Assembly: GCA_902496005.1 (NCBI GenBank)
Contig: CABUZI010000001.1
Span: 1-56,855 of the forward strand
Length of the DNA: 56,855 bases
From: an uncultured Collinsella sp.
GTDB lineage: Bacteria > Actinomycetota > Coriobacteriia > Coriobacteriales > Coriobacteriaceae
Reading direction: 5' to 3'
Each line of letters starts with the position of its first letter. Position 1 is the first letter of the stretch. Below the pieces are notes generated by a model that searched no databases, had not been told where the DNA came from, and saw only the letters and a program-made list of their open reading frames with translations. Below are positions 56,808-56,855 of this stretch, one piece after another. A program made the translations under genes and the position numbers.

Positions 56808-56855
56808 ATACGGCGATTTACATGATTGAAAGCGGGCGAGCCAGGGGACTGGCTC

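Overview
This is a high-GC chromosomal window containing the replication origin, most likely from a Coriobacteriia actinobacterium (Collinsella-like; taxon is inferred from gene content and style). Left arm, mostly minus strand: purM (partial), purF, moaE-like, class B sortase, purE, carB-carA with a PyrR-type leader, an ABC exporter, a Nudix hydrolase, purD, purA, dnaB and rplI-rpsR-ssb-rpsF. Then come two tRNA-Ser genes, a small accessory patch, typA, a DUF151 operon, a tRNA Ile-Ala-Ile cluster and gyrA-gyrB-dciA-recF-dnaN-oriC-dnaA. Right arm, mostly plus strand: rpmH-rnpA-yidD-yidC-jag-rsmG, three parS sites, parA-parB, rlmN, ddl, an exonuclease-DinG fusion, a PafBC-like WYL pair and a degenerate M28 peptidase-like protein. 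Best candidates for novelty: (i) a DUF559/AbiEi-like nuclease gene bracketed by two inverted 67-bp self-palindromic repeats next to a tRNA-derived hairpin element; (ii) a GHKL-ATPase/Gln-rich/winged-HTH gene inserted between the upstream DnaA-box cluster and dnaA; (iii) non-canonical TTTTCAACA-type DnaA boxes with a divergent DnaA signature helix; (iv) a split, apparently catalytically dead M28 fold with a roughly 650-aa acidic insert. All calls come from motif reading by eye; no searches were run.
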